Of a DNA stretch of 64,000 nt, positions 13,471 through 27,555 are shown piece after piece. Source of the DNA: Eledone cirrhosa (Eukaryota); NCBI GenBank assembly GCA_964016885.1, contig OZ024749.1, positions 30,690,001-30,754,000 of the forward strand. The letters run 5' to 3'. The stretch's first letter is position 1; each line of letters starts with the position of its first letter. The notes under the pieces were generated by a model that made no database searches, had not been told where the DNA came from, and saw only the letters and a list, made by a program, of their open reading frames with translations. The position numbers and the translations under genes are program-made.

Positions 13471-14333
13471 ATTTTGCTGCATAAGGAGCGACCTCACACC
13501 GAACTTTGAAATCTTTCTGATGAAATCCAGTATTTAACGTATCGCAGCGCTCTTGTTTTCTGTGGTGCTTAGGTTCTACTTATCCTCTTCACCAGACCAG
13601 GATCTAGTAGGGTAGCCGGTTAAGTCATCGACCCCTCGACTATGAAGGCTCTTAACCCCGAAATATTACTAAATACTAGGTAAAACTGTAATTAGTTTTT
13701 ACGTTTGTTTTTCTCTAATTTTACTCTGATTTCATTCCTTTATTTCTACCCAGCATTGCAATTGATTACCAAATGCAACTCAAACAAGTGTTATTTAGCA
13801 TATCGTCTCGTCAATCGAAAACTTCTCTGTGGCATTTGGTAGATAGAAACTATTTGGAACGAAGAAGAACATGTACTTGTAATTCAGAGAGCTAGTTTTA
13901 GCTAACATTGCACAATGCCGAATCTCCCTGAGAAATATATTAAAAGTGACACATTGCACTTGATTACCAAATGCAATCCAAACCACATTTTTGTATCATT
14001 TTAAGCGTGACTTTATTCATTATTGTGTTTTTCTGCCAATGGTTTGTCCATTAAATTAATTTAAAGCAATCGGTTTTCAACTCATAAACCTTTTTTATGT
14101 CTCTGTTGGGAAATATTCTACTGAGTTATTTAATAACATGCAGCTTGTCTTATTGACATGGGTTAGAATGTTTGGCTTTGAGGAAATTTCTGTTTGCACA
14201 TATTTCTTTCTTAAATGGTATTAATGAGAATTGTGGGAATTGAGACAAAAACAAAACAAAACAGATATGTCGCGTTGTTAGCTAATAGATCATTTGCACC
14301 CAGTCACACATTGTTAATAAAACTATGTCGTAA

Positions 14334-14334
<1 letters not shown>

Positions 14335-14375
<41 letters not shown>

Positions 14376-14496
14376 AAGAAATAGTATGAGTAGTAGCAGG
14401 TATAGTAGTAGTAGTTGTAGTAGTAGTAGTTGTAGCAGTAGCAGCAGTTGTAGTAGTAGTAGTAGTATTAATAGTAGTAGTTGCTGTTATTATTCC

Positions 14497-14551
<55 letters not shown>

Positions 14552-14610
14552 CTTCTTCTTCTTCTTCTTCTTCTTCTTCTTCTTCTTCTTCTTCTTCTTC
14601 TTCTTCTTCT
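14335..14610. repeat. Compound trinucleotide microsatellite (AGT)n-(TGT)n-(TCT)n
   Basis: Read directly from the sequence. Confidence 0.95.
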
Positions 14611-14678
14611 TTCTACCCCCCCCCTCCTTGTTCTTCTTACGCAGGATGGCCGATTCGATCCCTTCTTTCTTGGACAAC

Positions 14679-15180
14679 TGTTATTTAGCATATCGTCTGG
14701 TCAATTGAAACTTTCTCAGTGGGATTTGGTAGATAGAAACTATTGGGAACGAAGAAGGACATGTATTTGTAATTCAGAGAGCCAGTTTTATCTAACATTG
14801 CACAATGTCGAATCTCCCTGAGAAATATATTAAAAGTGTACACATTTAGTTGATGGAAACTGTCTGAAATGACGGAGAACTTGCATATGTAATTTAGAGA
14901 ACCAGTCTTCTCTAATATTGCATCATGCTAAATCTCCCTGAGTAATATATTAAATGTACTAAAATCTAGTAGATAGCAAATATCTGAAACCACGGAAACA
15001 TGCACCCGTTTAACATTGCATCATGCTAAATCTCCCTCAGAAATATATTAAATGTACACAAATTTAGTAGATAGAAAATATCTGGAGGCACGGAGACATG
15101 TACCTGTAATTCAAAGGGCCAGCCTTGTCTAATATTGCATAATGCTGCATTTCCTTGAGAAATATGTTGTGTGTACACGT
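14679..15180. repeat. Degenerate ~120-bp tandem repeat (~4 units), with a detached unit at 13790-13950
   Basis: Recurring gtaattcagag...ctaacattgca...aatctccctgagaaatatattaaa. Confidence 0.85.
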
Positions 15181-16639
15181 GTTAGTGCAATACTAATTTA
15201 ATTACTTGGTAAATTCCTGAAGAGGCTGTGTCGTTGATTTCAGTGGCGTAAGTTCAGCAGCTAGTCTATCAGAATCTAAGTTTGACGAAAAAGACGCACA
15301 TGGTGGATAGAAGGTCATGAAATCGCTCCCGTAGGTTTTTGATTTTTAACATACATAAATCAATTGTGAAATAACAATTTTTAGTACAAATGATGCATAA
15401 AGCACCAGACTCAACTATCAGAAAAATTCGGTTCCATAATATTACTCAAATATTTAATTTTGTATTATACATTTTATATTCAAAAAAGAAAATGGTTATA
15501 AATGGAAGAAAACCCCCTCTGTCTACACTATATAGAACAGCCACATAACAGCAATTTCACCAACACCACAAACTAGATACACCACCTATCCCATCATCTC
15601 TGTGTACACTAAATACAACAGCCAGATAACGGCAATTTCACCACCACCACCACGAATCCCAGCATAATAATAATAATTACTATTATTATTGTCTCAAGTT
15701 TTCACAAAATGTTTAATTCCAATATTAAGAAAAATACGTCAACACATATATTAAATATACGTGACTAACCGCATAGATACGCCGATCAAACGATCAATCA
15801 ACTACAGTCTATTCAACAAAACTCAGTAACGACAACGCCATCACTATAGTCACCGCCGACACCACTCCATCCATCATTGCTACCACTATCCCATCACCGC
15901 CGCCACCACTCCTTCATTGCTACCACCGCTATTCCCCCATTACCTTCTGTTAACTTACGAAAGGGGAAGATAGCGGTATCACTAGACAATATTAATAGAC
16001 AATATTAATATTTAATTTTGGATCAGGAATGTTAGAGTCGAAAAGAAGGAAAATGGCAAAATTACTAAATGACTAAATAGCTAAATAGTTAAATGGCTAA
16101 GTGGACGGAGAAGATAATTTCACCACCAACACCGCCACCACTACCACGCTAAAAACTCTGGTCAAGTTACCTCAACTTCTATTTCTACTTCAACTTTAAC
16201 ACCATCACTACAGTACTACGATCACATCACCACCACCACTGCCTCATTATCGCTACCGCCGCTATTCTCTCCCACTACCTCCTGCTAAGTACTACTAGCA
16301 CAGCACCACCACCACTGCCTCATTATCACTACCGCCGCTATTCTCTCTCACTACCTCCTGCTACATCGTAGTGTCCCCACTAATAAAAAAAGGCATCAAA
16401 ATATATAAATAGACAGATTTGATGACCCGGTAAAAATCAAAAATACAAAAATCAAAATCAAAGCAGCACAGCAACAACGAAAAACGTAAAGAAAAGAAAA
16501 ATGAAGAGAAGAACAAACAGACGGACAGAGAAGGGAGGGGAAAATCTAAGTCAGACATTCAAACATTACATTACAATGAAACTTATGCTTATTCTTTTTG
16601 GGTTTTTTTTTCGCCTAATTGTTTGTTTGTTTATTTATG

Positions 16640-19600
16640 CTCGTCTACAGCGTGATAGTGCCACACAAAAATCACCGGGAGTGACGAAATCACCGGAGGT
16701 GATGAAATCACCGGTGGTTATGTAACCATACATTCACCAATCCTCGATAAGAGTGTTTAAATGTCGAACCTAAACAGTTCGAATAACGGTGAAGTTGAGA
16801 TAGAATGTCATGTGACAGACTCTCACCCAGCAGGTGCTCCCTGCCTCAGCTGCAGGGACCTGGCTGTCAAACAAATACTGCTGGTGTCGGAGGAAGAAGA
16901 AGAAGGAAAGGGACCAGAACCAACTGGACGAAAGAATTGAATAGAACTGTTATGCAATGTTACCTGAAGAGTAACCCCAAGGAGAAACGCTATAGAAAAC
17001 GGATGCATAATTTCTAGAACAAGATTGGTCTATTTAAATTAGATGAACAAAAATTGGCCGGGCAGGCTCGGGTAATAAGAACTAATGGGTGGATAAGCGA
17101 GCTGGAACTGGAGGAACTGAGCAGAGAGATTAGGTTGGAAATGGAGAGTGGAGTATGCCAGGCAAACGAGCCAGTGGGAAATGAAGGTGAAGAGGTTGTT
17201 GAGAAAACGGAGGAACCATCCGAAGCAGACAATGATCTGAATGCTGAAATAAATAATACCTGGAACAAAGATACGGCCATTGAGGAGATGAATGCTGACG
17301 AGCTAGGACAAGATTTGGTTGATATCCTAAACTTAGTGGTAGATGAATTGAACACTGATAGTGGGAAACCTATGAACCTAAGATTTGTAGACAAGAAAAA
17401 GTTAAAAGAAACAACAGCTAATGTAAACAAAGTCATCCCATACCTTGAGGCGAGGAGCCTTCACCAGTGCAACAATATCCTCAAAGCAACAGCAAATACG
17501 GTGAGGAAATTACTTGGTATAAAAGCGAGAGGAAACAACAAACAAGAAAGATCAGAGCCTTGGTGGAAGAAACGACTGAGTGGTCAAATCAGGGAAATGA
17601 GAAATGACATTGGAAAGCTTGAGTCCCTACTGAATGGGACACTAAAAAACATAGACACTAAAAATAGACTGGAAATAAAGTACAAAACTAGAAGGAAAAA
17701 GCTAAATATTATCATAAAGGAACTGAAGCAACGCATTGTAGCAAAGAGTGCACAAATTAGGCGATACGAGAGCAGAGTCAGTCAGTATAGACAGAACCGC
17801 ATGTTTGACACCAACCAGAAGATGCTGTTTGGACAGCTTGAAGGAAAAGAAAGAGGCAACGGCTTGATCCCTGAGGCGGAACAAACTAAAACATTCTGGG
17901 GAGGAATATGGGAGCAGGATGTTAAACATAATGACCAGGCAGTGTGGATTGAGACAGTACAGAAGGAGATCAGTGAACAGGCACACCAACAAACTGATTT
18001 GAGTATCACAGTTGAAACTCTTAAGGGGCAGACCAAAAAACTAACCAACTGGAAATCACCAGGCCCAGATGGTGTACAGGGGTATTGGATTAAAAATATA
18101 ACATCCCTCCACCCGAAACTGACAACCATGTTCAATGACTGCTTGATGTCAGGTGAGGTGCCAGAGTGGTTGACAAAAGGTACCACAGTTCTGATAATGA
18201 AAGACCGAATCAAGGGTAATGATGTTACCAACTATAGACCTATCACATGTCTGTCCGTAATGTGGAAACTGTTGACAAGCATTATGTCTGAGGAAATCTA
18301 CCACCACCTCCACACAAACAACTTGTTACCGGACGAACAGAAAGGATGCCGAAAGAAGTTCCGTGGTACAAGGGACCAGTTACTTATTGATAAGATGGTA
18401 ATGAGGAATTGCAAGAGGAGACACACTGGTCTTCTCATGGGATGGATAGACTACAAAAAGGCATTTGACATGGTGTCTCATTCTTGGATCACCGAAAATC
18501 TAGAGATCTTCAGGGTGGCAGATAACATCAGACAGTTGTTGGGCAAAAGTATGAAGTCCTGGGAAACAGAGTTAACATCAGCTGGAGAATCCTTGGGAGG
18601 CGTGAAGATCAAGAGAGGTACCTTCCAGGGAGATAGTTTGTCCCCTCTGTTGTTTGTCCTTGCCCTGATGCCCCTGACCATTATACTGCGAAAAGTGAGA
18701 GCAGGATACAAGTTGAGAAAGGGAGAGCTTACCATCAATCACCTCCTCTTCATGGACGATCTTAAGCTCTTCGGGAAGAGTGAGAAGGAGTTGGATGTGT
18801 TTGTTGACACTGTCCGTATTTTCAGCAATGATATATGTATGAAATTTGGTATTAGTAAGTGTGGAGTCCTTGAGATAAAGAGGGATAAATTGAGCAGAGG
18901 TAACGGAATCCAGGTACCAACAGGTGAGATGATAAAGGACATTGACACTGAGGAGGGATACAAATATTTGCGTGTTCTGGAGGCTGATGACATCAAGAAC
19001 AAAAAAATGAAGGAATTGATAAGAACTGAATACATTCGGAGAATAAGGAGCGTATTAAAGTCACATCTGAACAGTAGGAATGCCATAAGTGCAGTAAATT
19101 CCCGAGCTGTGTCTATTATTAGGTACAGTGCGGGATTCTGAGATGAAATCTTGCTGAACAAAAAGAAATGGATAGGAAGACTAGGAAGCTATTGACTATC
19201 TACAACATGTTTCACAAGAGGAGTGATGTCGATAGACTCTACTTAAGGAGATCTGAAGGTGGAAGAGGTCTTATCAGCATAGAGGACTGTGTTCAGATGG
19301 AGAAAAACAACCTACACAAATACGTGACTGATAGTAAGGAGCCAATGCTCAGAATTGTACTGAAGGAGAAGACAATAGACCAGGGGATGTCCAAGGAGGA
19401 AATAACAACAAGGAGAAAGAGCAGCCTTCAGGAAAAATCCCTTCATAGTACCTTCTTTGAGAAAACAGAATTCTGAAATCCACAGACATGGAACTTGTTG
19501 AAAAGAGGAGACCTTAAAAAGGCTACAGAAGGAATGTTAATGGCTGCGCAAGAGCAGGCCCTCAAAACGAAGTGGTTGAAACACCATATTTACAAGGAGG

Positions 19601-20288
19601 AGGCTAGCCCACTGTGCAGGATCTGTGGAGAGAGAGAGGAGACTGTGGCTCACATTGTATCCGAGTGTAAACACCTAGCCCAGACTCACTATAAGGGCTG
19701 GAGACATGATGTGATGGGCAGGGTGATCCACTGGCACCTATGCAAAGTAAACAATTTACCACATTCTGAGAAGTGGTATGAGCATAAGCCAGAGTCGGTG
19801 ATAGAAAACGATCAGGTGAAGGTGCTGTGGAATTTTAAGATACAGACGGACAAGAAACTGGAACACAATAGACCTGATCTGGTGGTTTTGGACAAGGAAA
19901 AAAGATCGTGCCTGATAGGGGGGGGGGGCTGCTCATTCGACACGAGAGTGCAAGAGAAGGAGAGTGATAAAATTAACCGATACCAGGACTTAAAGTGAGA
20001 GGTAAAAAGGATTTAGAACTGCCATGAAGTCAAAGTGGTCCCGATTGTCATAGGCGCACTAGGTACTATCTCAAAAAGTTTCCAAGGATGGTTAAAGAAA
20101 ATTGGCCGCGCCACGCTTTTTGGAACGCTTCAAAAGGCATGCTTGCTGGGAACAGCAAGAAACCTCCGATACGTCCTGAATATCTGAGGCTGCAGGTAGT
20201 GGCTTGATATTCATTTCAACAAACTTTCCAGTTAACTAACATCAATGACTGAGACTCAAAGAACAATAATAATAATAATAATAATAAT
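16640..20288 (+). mobile_element. Near full-length R4/Dong-clade non-LTR retrotransposon (RT + CCHC + restriction-like endonuclease), (AAT)n tail, inactivated
   Basis: N-terminal WTKELN..VMQCY..S.P...YRKRM; RT motifs YRPITCL, WIDYKKAFD, FQGDSLSPLLF, LFMDDLKL; CRIC..REETVAHIVSEC; RHD; NRPDLVV. Several premature stops. 5' boundary uncertain. Confidence 0.93.
16761..20187 (+). pseudogene. Disrupted single ORF of the R4/Dong element (main piece 17054-19141)
   Basis: ORF pieces 16805-17017, 17054-19141, 19168-19476 and 19495-19998 are collinear, separated mostly by in-frame stops. Confidence 0.9.
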
Positions 20289-20289
20289 T

Positions 20290-20490
20290 TGTAGATATAG
20301 CCTGCCCATTTGACACGAGAGTGCAAGAAAAGGAGAGGCAGAAAATTAAAGTGGGAGTTAAAAAGGATTTGGAACTGAATGTCTGAATGTTTGAGACTGC
20401 AGGTAGCGGGTTCATATTCATTTAAATAAACTTTCGAGTTAAATAACATCAATGACTGAGACTCAAAGAACAATAATAATAATAATATTA
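20290..20490 (+). mobile_element. Short, internally deleted, diverged 3' fragment of the same R4/Dong family, in tandem
   Basis: VDIACPFDTRVQEK plus the same 3' UTR (catcaatgactgagactcaaagaac) and an (AAT)n tail. Confidence 0.88.
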
Positions 20491-20814
20491 ATGATAACAA
20501 AAACAACAGTAACCAGAACAACACCAAATAGAATAACAACAACAATAACACCAGAATGATTAACAACAACAACACTAAACAGAATAACGATAACAACAAA
20601 CAGAATAACAACAACAACACTACCAAACAGTATAAAAATAATAAGAATAAAAACACCATACAATATAATATAACAGCAGTAATTCGCAAAAACTTTTCTT
20701 TTCATATATTACATAATACTCTAATGAACAATTCTATAGACATTTATTGTGGTATAACACAGTTTCTTACTGTGTATCTTTCCCTCCAGCCTCACTCTAT
20801 CTATCTATCTATCT

Positions 20815-20885
20815 AACTTTTCCTGTGTGCCCTTGTGGCAAATAAAGAAATATATCTACTTATCTATCTATCTATCTTACAATCA

Positions 20886-20968
<83 letters not shown>

Positions 20969-22329
20969 CTGGCGAGTGTGCCCAGGCGCTCACGGCTCTC
21001 TGGCAGGTGAACCCGGCTGTCAGTGGAGAATCCACCTCGTTATTCTATAGAGGGCTGGTGGTTAGCAGGGGTGACGACGCCCTCGGAGAAGCCCTAGGCA
21101 TGGAGGAAGACGAACTGGATAACCTGTTCGGTAGAACATTCAGCCCGGGACCCATGGATAACTTCCAGAGGTCCCTGGCCTGGCAGTGCTACCGAGGGGC
21201 TCTGCCCGTTCGAGAAAGGATCTACAGACACGAGCACCCGGGTAGGGACCCCTCGAAAAAGATCTGTCCCAGATGCGTGTGCGACGGGGAAACCGATGCA
21301 CACGCTTTGGTACACTGCTCCGGCATTGCCGATCTGTGGGACTATGTCGAACAACTGTTGTCAAAGGTGGGACCGAGTCTATTGTAACGATCAAGCCGCC
21401 TCCCCTCTTCAAAAACGAAGGAGAGGCGGTGTTTCTGTGCGTAATAGCCATGGCGAAAGAGGTTGTATGGTGGACGCGTCTGAAAGAACTCAGGTCAGAC
21501 ACCTTTCTCTCTGGCCAACAACTGGTCCGTTTCTTCCGATATCATTTCGGAAGAAGGATCAGGATGGAGAGAGAGGTGCTGCACCCCAGCCGTTTTTATG
21601 AAAGATGGGTGAAAGTGGCGAGAATGGCCCGTGTAAATGGGCCTTCAATCTACATCAGACTATAGGTGAGGAAGATGAAAGACCAAGGGAGCACCCCCTC
21701 TCTGTGCTCCTGAGGAGAAGGGTTGCACACTTTTTTTCGGGGGTGTGTGCGACCCCCCAAGGCGCCTCCTCCCTATTGAGGATTTTGTTATACAATTTAT
21801 TCTGTTATATTTTATTTTATTTTTATACTTTTATATCTTGTTATTGGCTCCTCCATATTGAGGACGCCTTTGCATGTAAACTCCCCCCTTTGTACTTGTC
21901 CCACTTTTGTTGCCCTGGTGGCAAATAAAAAGAAAGTTATCTATCCATCTACCTATCTATTAATTTCTTGAATCAATTTCAAAATCAGGATGGAGAGAGA
22001 GGTACTGTACCCCAGCCAATTATATAAAAGGTGGATGAATGTGGCAAGAATGGCCCGAGTGGATGGGCCTTCTCTCTATATAAGCCTGTAGGTTGAGGAA
22101 AAAGAAGAAGAGAGGAGGTGAGTACTCACTCTTGGTGCTCCTGGAGATGAGGGTTGTACATTTTTTTCGGGGTGTGTACAACCCCTGTGTAACACCTCCC
22201 TCCTACTGGGGATTTCAATTGTTATTTGTTGTTTTATTAATAGTTTTATACCTGTATGTAAACTCCCCATTTGTATTTGTCCCCTTCTTTTGTGCCCTTG
22301 TGGCTAATAAAGAAATTTAACTATCTATC
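20815..22329 (+). mobile_element. Three stacked 5'-truncated Tx1/L1-type elements (20815-20850, 20968-21936, 21959-22315) separated by (TATC)n
   Basis: Each ends ccc(t)(t/g)gtggc(a/t)aataaa(aa)gaaa followed by TATC repeats. ORF remnants (FQRSLAWQCYRGALPVR, CPRC..ET..HALVHC, AMAKEVVWWTR) match the C-terminus of ORF2 at 53.3-54.0 kb. Confidence 0.88.
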
Positions 22330-22393
22330 AATTTTTTCTAACTCTCACTCACTCTCTATTAATATATACACACATATATACATATATATATAC

Positions 22394-22465
<72 letters not shown>

Positions 22466-22553
22466 GAGAGAGAGAGAAAGAAACAGAGGATGGGTGGATC
22501 AGCGCATGAATGGATGTATATAGCAAGAGAGTGTGCGAGATGAATTATATAAC

Positions 22554-22594
<41 letters not shown>

Positions 22595-23385
22595 TGGGGG
22601 GGGGGATGTAAGAAAGGAACAAAGGGGTGAAGAAGTAGACTGTAGAAGATTATAGTAATATGACATCTTAAGCATAGATATCTCCAATGATACGTACCTG
22701 AACGGTATGGTAGAAAACTCTGTGTCCTGTAGAACACTAGAGGTTTGCTGCCCCCTGGTTTAGAGGACAGAATGTAGAATGCATTGACAGGGAGAATAGC
22801 GAAGGTTATCCGTTGAAATCGCCATTCCGTGTCACCTAGCTCACATTTGCGGACGGTAACTCTGCTCCGAAAGAAGTAAGGAGGAGTCAGAATGCCAGGA
22901 GTTTTCACCACTACAGATTCGATGACTTACATAACGGAAAGCTGATGGTATTTCATCAGATTACGGTATTCGATTGCAAACGATGGGGCCAGAAACAATG
23001 TAGAAGAAACAGTCACGCTCATCAATCTCCCTGATTAGTAACATGACCATACGATCGTTTCAATGTAACACTATTGACGACTGGCTTAGTTTTCGTTTCT
23101 TCAGTGGAATAAACGTAAATAAAAGAAAACTTATTGTGAACAAAAACCTGTAGCAAGTGTGGAATAATAATTTAACATCTAAGAGAATTTGAATATCATA
23201 AATGAATGGATTACACATAGAGATTGGCCTACGAGAAAAACAGCTGGATTACAATGATGTCGGTGAGTACAGACTCGCGTCCGCCAATAATTTGGAATGT
23301 ATATATATATATCATATATATAACATAATCTAATATAATATGATTTATTTGGACTACAATACTACAAAGAATAAGATGTTATATA

Positions 23386-23484
<99 letters not shown>

Positions 23485-23845
23485 CATACGCAGACACGCA
23501 CACATATATATGATTATATTTATATAAAAGTAATTTTTTATAGTGGTTTCTTCCAAGTTTTTCACTGTTCACAAAAAAACCAACAACAACAAAACAAATT
23601 GTGCAGTTTCGATACCAATATTGGATCTATTTTTTTATCTTTTATTAATAAAAGACTTTGCCAAAGTTATGTAGTAGTTTAAAACTATTACAGAACTTGA
23701 TTTGTTCTTCATTGAAGTGAAAGAGAAAAAAAATGTAAAAAGAAAATGGCGATAGGAAATTACTTTTAAACACGCAGTTTTAGAGTGTGCGGGCTGACGT
23801 GATTATACAGTCTTATATATGTATGTGGTTGAATATATGTATGTC

Positions 23846-23935
<90 letters not shown>

Positions 23936-24048
23936 TGTGTGTGTGTGTATATAAAATAAAAGGTGAGAGTGAGGGGGACAGACAGAGGTCGACAGATATT
24001 TGGATAGATATAGATCTATAGATATACACAAGCACATATATATGGATA

Positions 24049-24089
<41 letters not shown>

Positions 24090-24205
24090 TCATCCACGCA
24101 GATATAGATGTATACGCATATATATTTGTGTGTATGTATATATTGTGTGTGCGCCTGTGAGTACAAATCTGTTCATTTCACTCCCTCTCTCACTGTCTAC
24201 ACACA

Positions 24206-24302
<97 letters not shown>

Positions 24303-24740
24303 ACACACGCACACACACACACACAAATAAGCCACCACACACGCTAGGAACATGCACACTCACAAACAAACGCAGAGGCAGAAACAGATATATATTCAAA
24401 TGAAAACCTAGAAGATAGGTGACTTGTTAAATAACTTGACACATACCAAGGAGTAAAGACGGCGAAATCGATAGAGGGAGAAAATATGAGAGTAAAGCGG
24501 CGGTGTGTAGAGGGAGTGAGAATTAGTAAATAAGAATTTCATTGGAGATATATGCATATAAATACCAGCATGAACAAACTACACAATAACAACCACACTA
24601 GCAGAAAATACAAGAAGACAACCTACAACCTAAATAATAAAAAATAAATGGTATATACAAATACAGCTACAAAGAAATATCACCGCACCATCAAAGAATA
24701 CCAACAGAATAGAGACTACAGCTTTCAAATATACAGACAT

Positions 24741-24817
<77 letters not shown>

Positions 24818-24838
24818 TCACAGACACACACACACAGA

Positions 24839-24879
<41 letters not shown>

Positions 24880-25005
24880 CATGCATTACCAGATCCGTTT
24901 AAATCTATCAGAATATGTATTTTCGACATTCATGTATATATATATATATATGTATTCAAATATCGAATTGTACATACATATATATGTACATATACATACA
25001 CACAT

Positions 25006-25046
<41 letters not shown>

Positions 25047-25057
25047 TATATATATAC

Positions 25058-25144
<87 letters not shown>

Positions 25145-25447
25145 TATATATATATATATATACATATACATACACACAGACATATATATATATATACATA
25201 TATATACATATATGCTTCTATGTATATAGAAAATGTAATACTTATGTGATTGCCATTGCGTGTACCAATATGGTGGTAAAATATAAGAGGAATAGATTTA
25301 TTATCAATTATAGTATCATCAATGCTTTTTTACTGATAGGTTTCCGTGCAACGTGAAGTATTATGGAGAATTTGTGAGAAACTAGATTAGGATGAGAGGG
25401 TTTCCTTAGAGAAAGCTGTGTATGTCTATCTTATATATATACGTATA

Positions 25448-25513
<66 letters not shown>

Positions 25514-25537
25514 GAGTATATATATATATATTTTGTG

Positions 25538-25621
<84 letters not shown>

Positions 25622-25806
25622 TACATATATTGTTTATATATGTATATATATATACGCAAAATATATATATATATATATAAACTCATTATATATATATATA
25701 TATATACACCCACACATATATATATACACACACATATACGTATATATATAAGACAGACATACACAGCTTTCTCTAAGGAAACCCTCTCTCTATATATATA
25801 TATGTA

Positions 25807-25927
<121 letters not shown>

Positions 25928-25930
25928 ATT

Positions 25931-26003
<73 letters not shown>

Positions 26004-26042
26004 ATATATAAAGAGAAAGAATGAGAGAGAGAGAGTGGCGGT

Positions 26043-26130
<88 letters not shown>

Positions 26131-26741
26131 GGGAGAAAGTGAAAGAATGATAAGACGGTAATGGGACCTTTATGTAGGAACATTGTTTGTCTGTGATGAA
26201 TAGATTTATAGAAAGAAGGATAGATTGAGAAAGGGGACAGAGGGAATGATAAGTGGAAGATGAGTATGTTGTAGATTGAGAGAGAAATAATCTTTATATG
26301 CTTGTTACAGAAGATTATAGCAGCACATGTATAGTGACAGGTAGCTAATAGATAAAAAAAAGTTAATATCTATTGTATGTGTGAATGCTAATATATGTTT
26401 GCATGTATATCTATATCATTCTATATATATATATATATATTGTTATACTTTGGGAGGGTCATGTTCTAATAAGAAACACACGCACCAATTGCTTTCACTT
26501 TTAGGAATTTATAAATTTCCGGTTGGTTGGTTGGTTGGTTCCACAACCAGTTGGTTGTTTATATATTGTCAAAGTTCTTTCGTAACACATTTTGTGACCT
26601 CTTCATTGACTGGGGATTCGTTTCTTTGTTTTTGTGCCTCTCCTTTGTTCTGTCCTACGCCATGTTGTTGCTGTGTGTTTTGTTGTGTGCTCAGTCTGCG
26701 CATGCGCCACATCCGGGTGTCTGTGTGTGTTTATTGTGTGT

Positions 26742-26802
<61 letters not shown>

Positions 26803-27006
26803 ACGAACCCTCTATCTCAATACTATTTTTGAAAAGCAGAAGAACTGCGAAACAGGTAAAGGAACCAAATAAATATATATTTTAAAAATAAAAAGACTCT
26901 AGTTGTATTATCGATTTCATCTTTTTTCCTTATACTTTCATTCGTGTAGGACACCTCGGTTATTTTTCATTTTGTAAAAACAAAACTAACTTTCTAATAC
27001 ACACAG

Positions 27007-27087
<81 letters not shown>

Positions 27088-27459
27088 CAGGTTTAGCAAA
27101 TAATGAAAAAGTTTCAAAATAAATTAAAAAAAAATTGACTTTACTTACTATAGTTACCTTTACCAAATCGGTTTCGAATCACAAAAATAAACGGAGACCA
27201 TACGCCCTTCGTTGCAAAGAAAGATTCCCATCAGAAGGTTCTTTTCATTCGAAGAATATAAAATTCTTGAATTTAAATTACGAACTAGCGCTATCCAAAA
27301 CTGTTCCCGAGATGAGAGTAAATGAAGTGGAATCAATTTTTTCAAGGGCCGAAGTAAAGATAGCGGCAGAGGGAGGTACGTCAAACGGCCACCATGTATA
27401 TATATAGACGCCATATTAAAAGAATATTTAAAGTCCAACCCTATGTTTTATATATATAC

Positions 27460-27555
<96 letters not shown>

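Noticed and set aside
14679-15180. Regularly spaced repeats as a CRISPR-like array
   Set aside because: Whole units are homologous (no unique spacers), the context is eukaryotic, and there are no cas genes.
15213-15255. CTGAAGA as a hammerhead core
   Set aside because: No GAAA after the putative stem II.
17702-19161. Antisense ORFs over the R4, Tx1, PLE and CR1 coding regions
   Set aside because: Shadow frames of retroelement ORFs.
17012-20015. In-frame TGA/TAG codons in the R4 ORF as programmed readthrough
   Set aside because: Where the sister copy at 54-56 kb overlaps, it has sense codons at these sites; ordinary decay.
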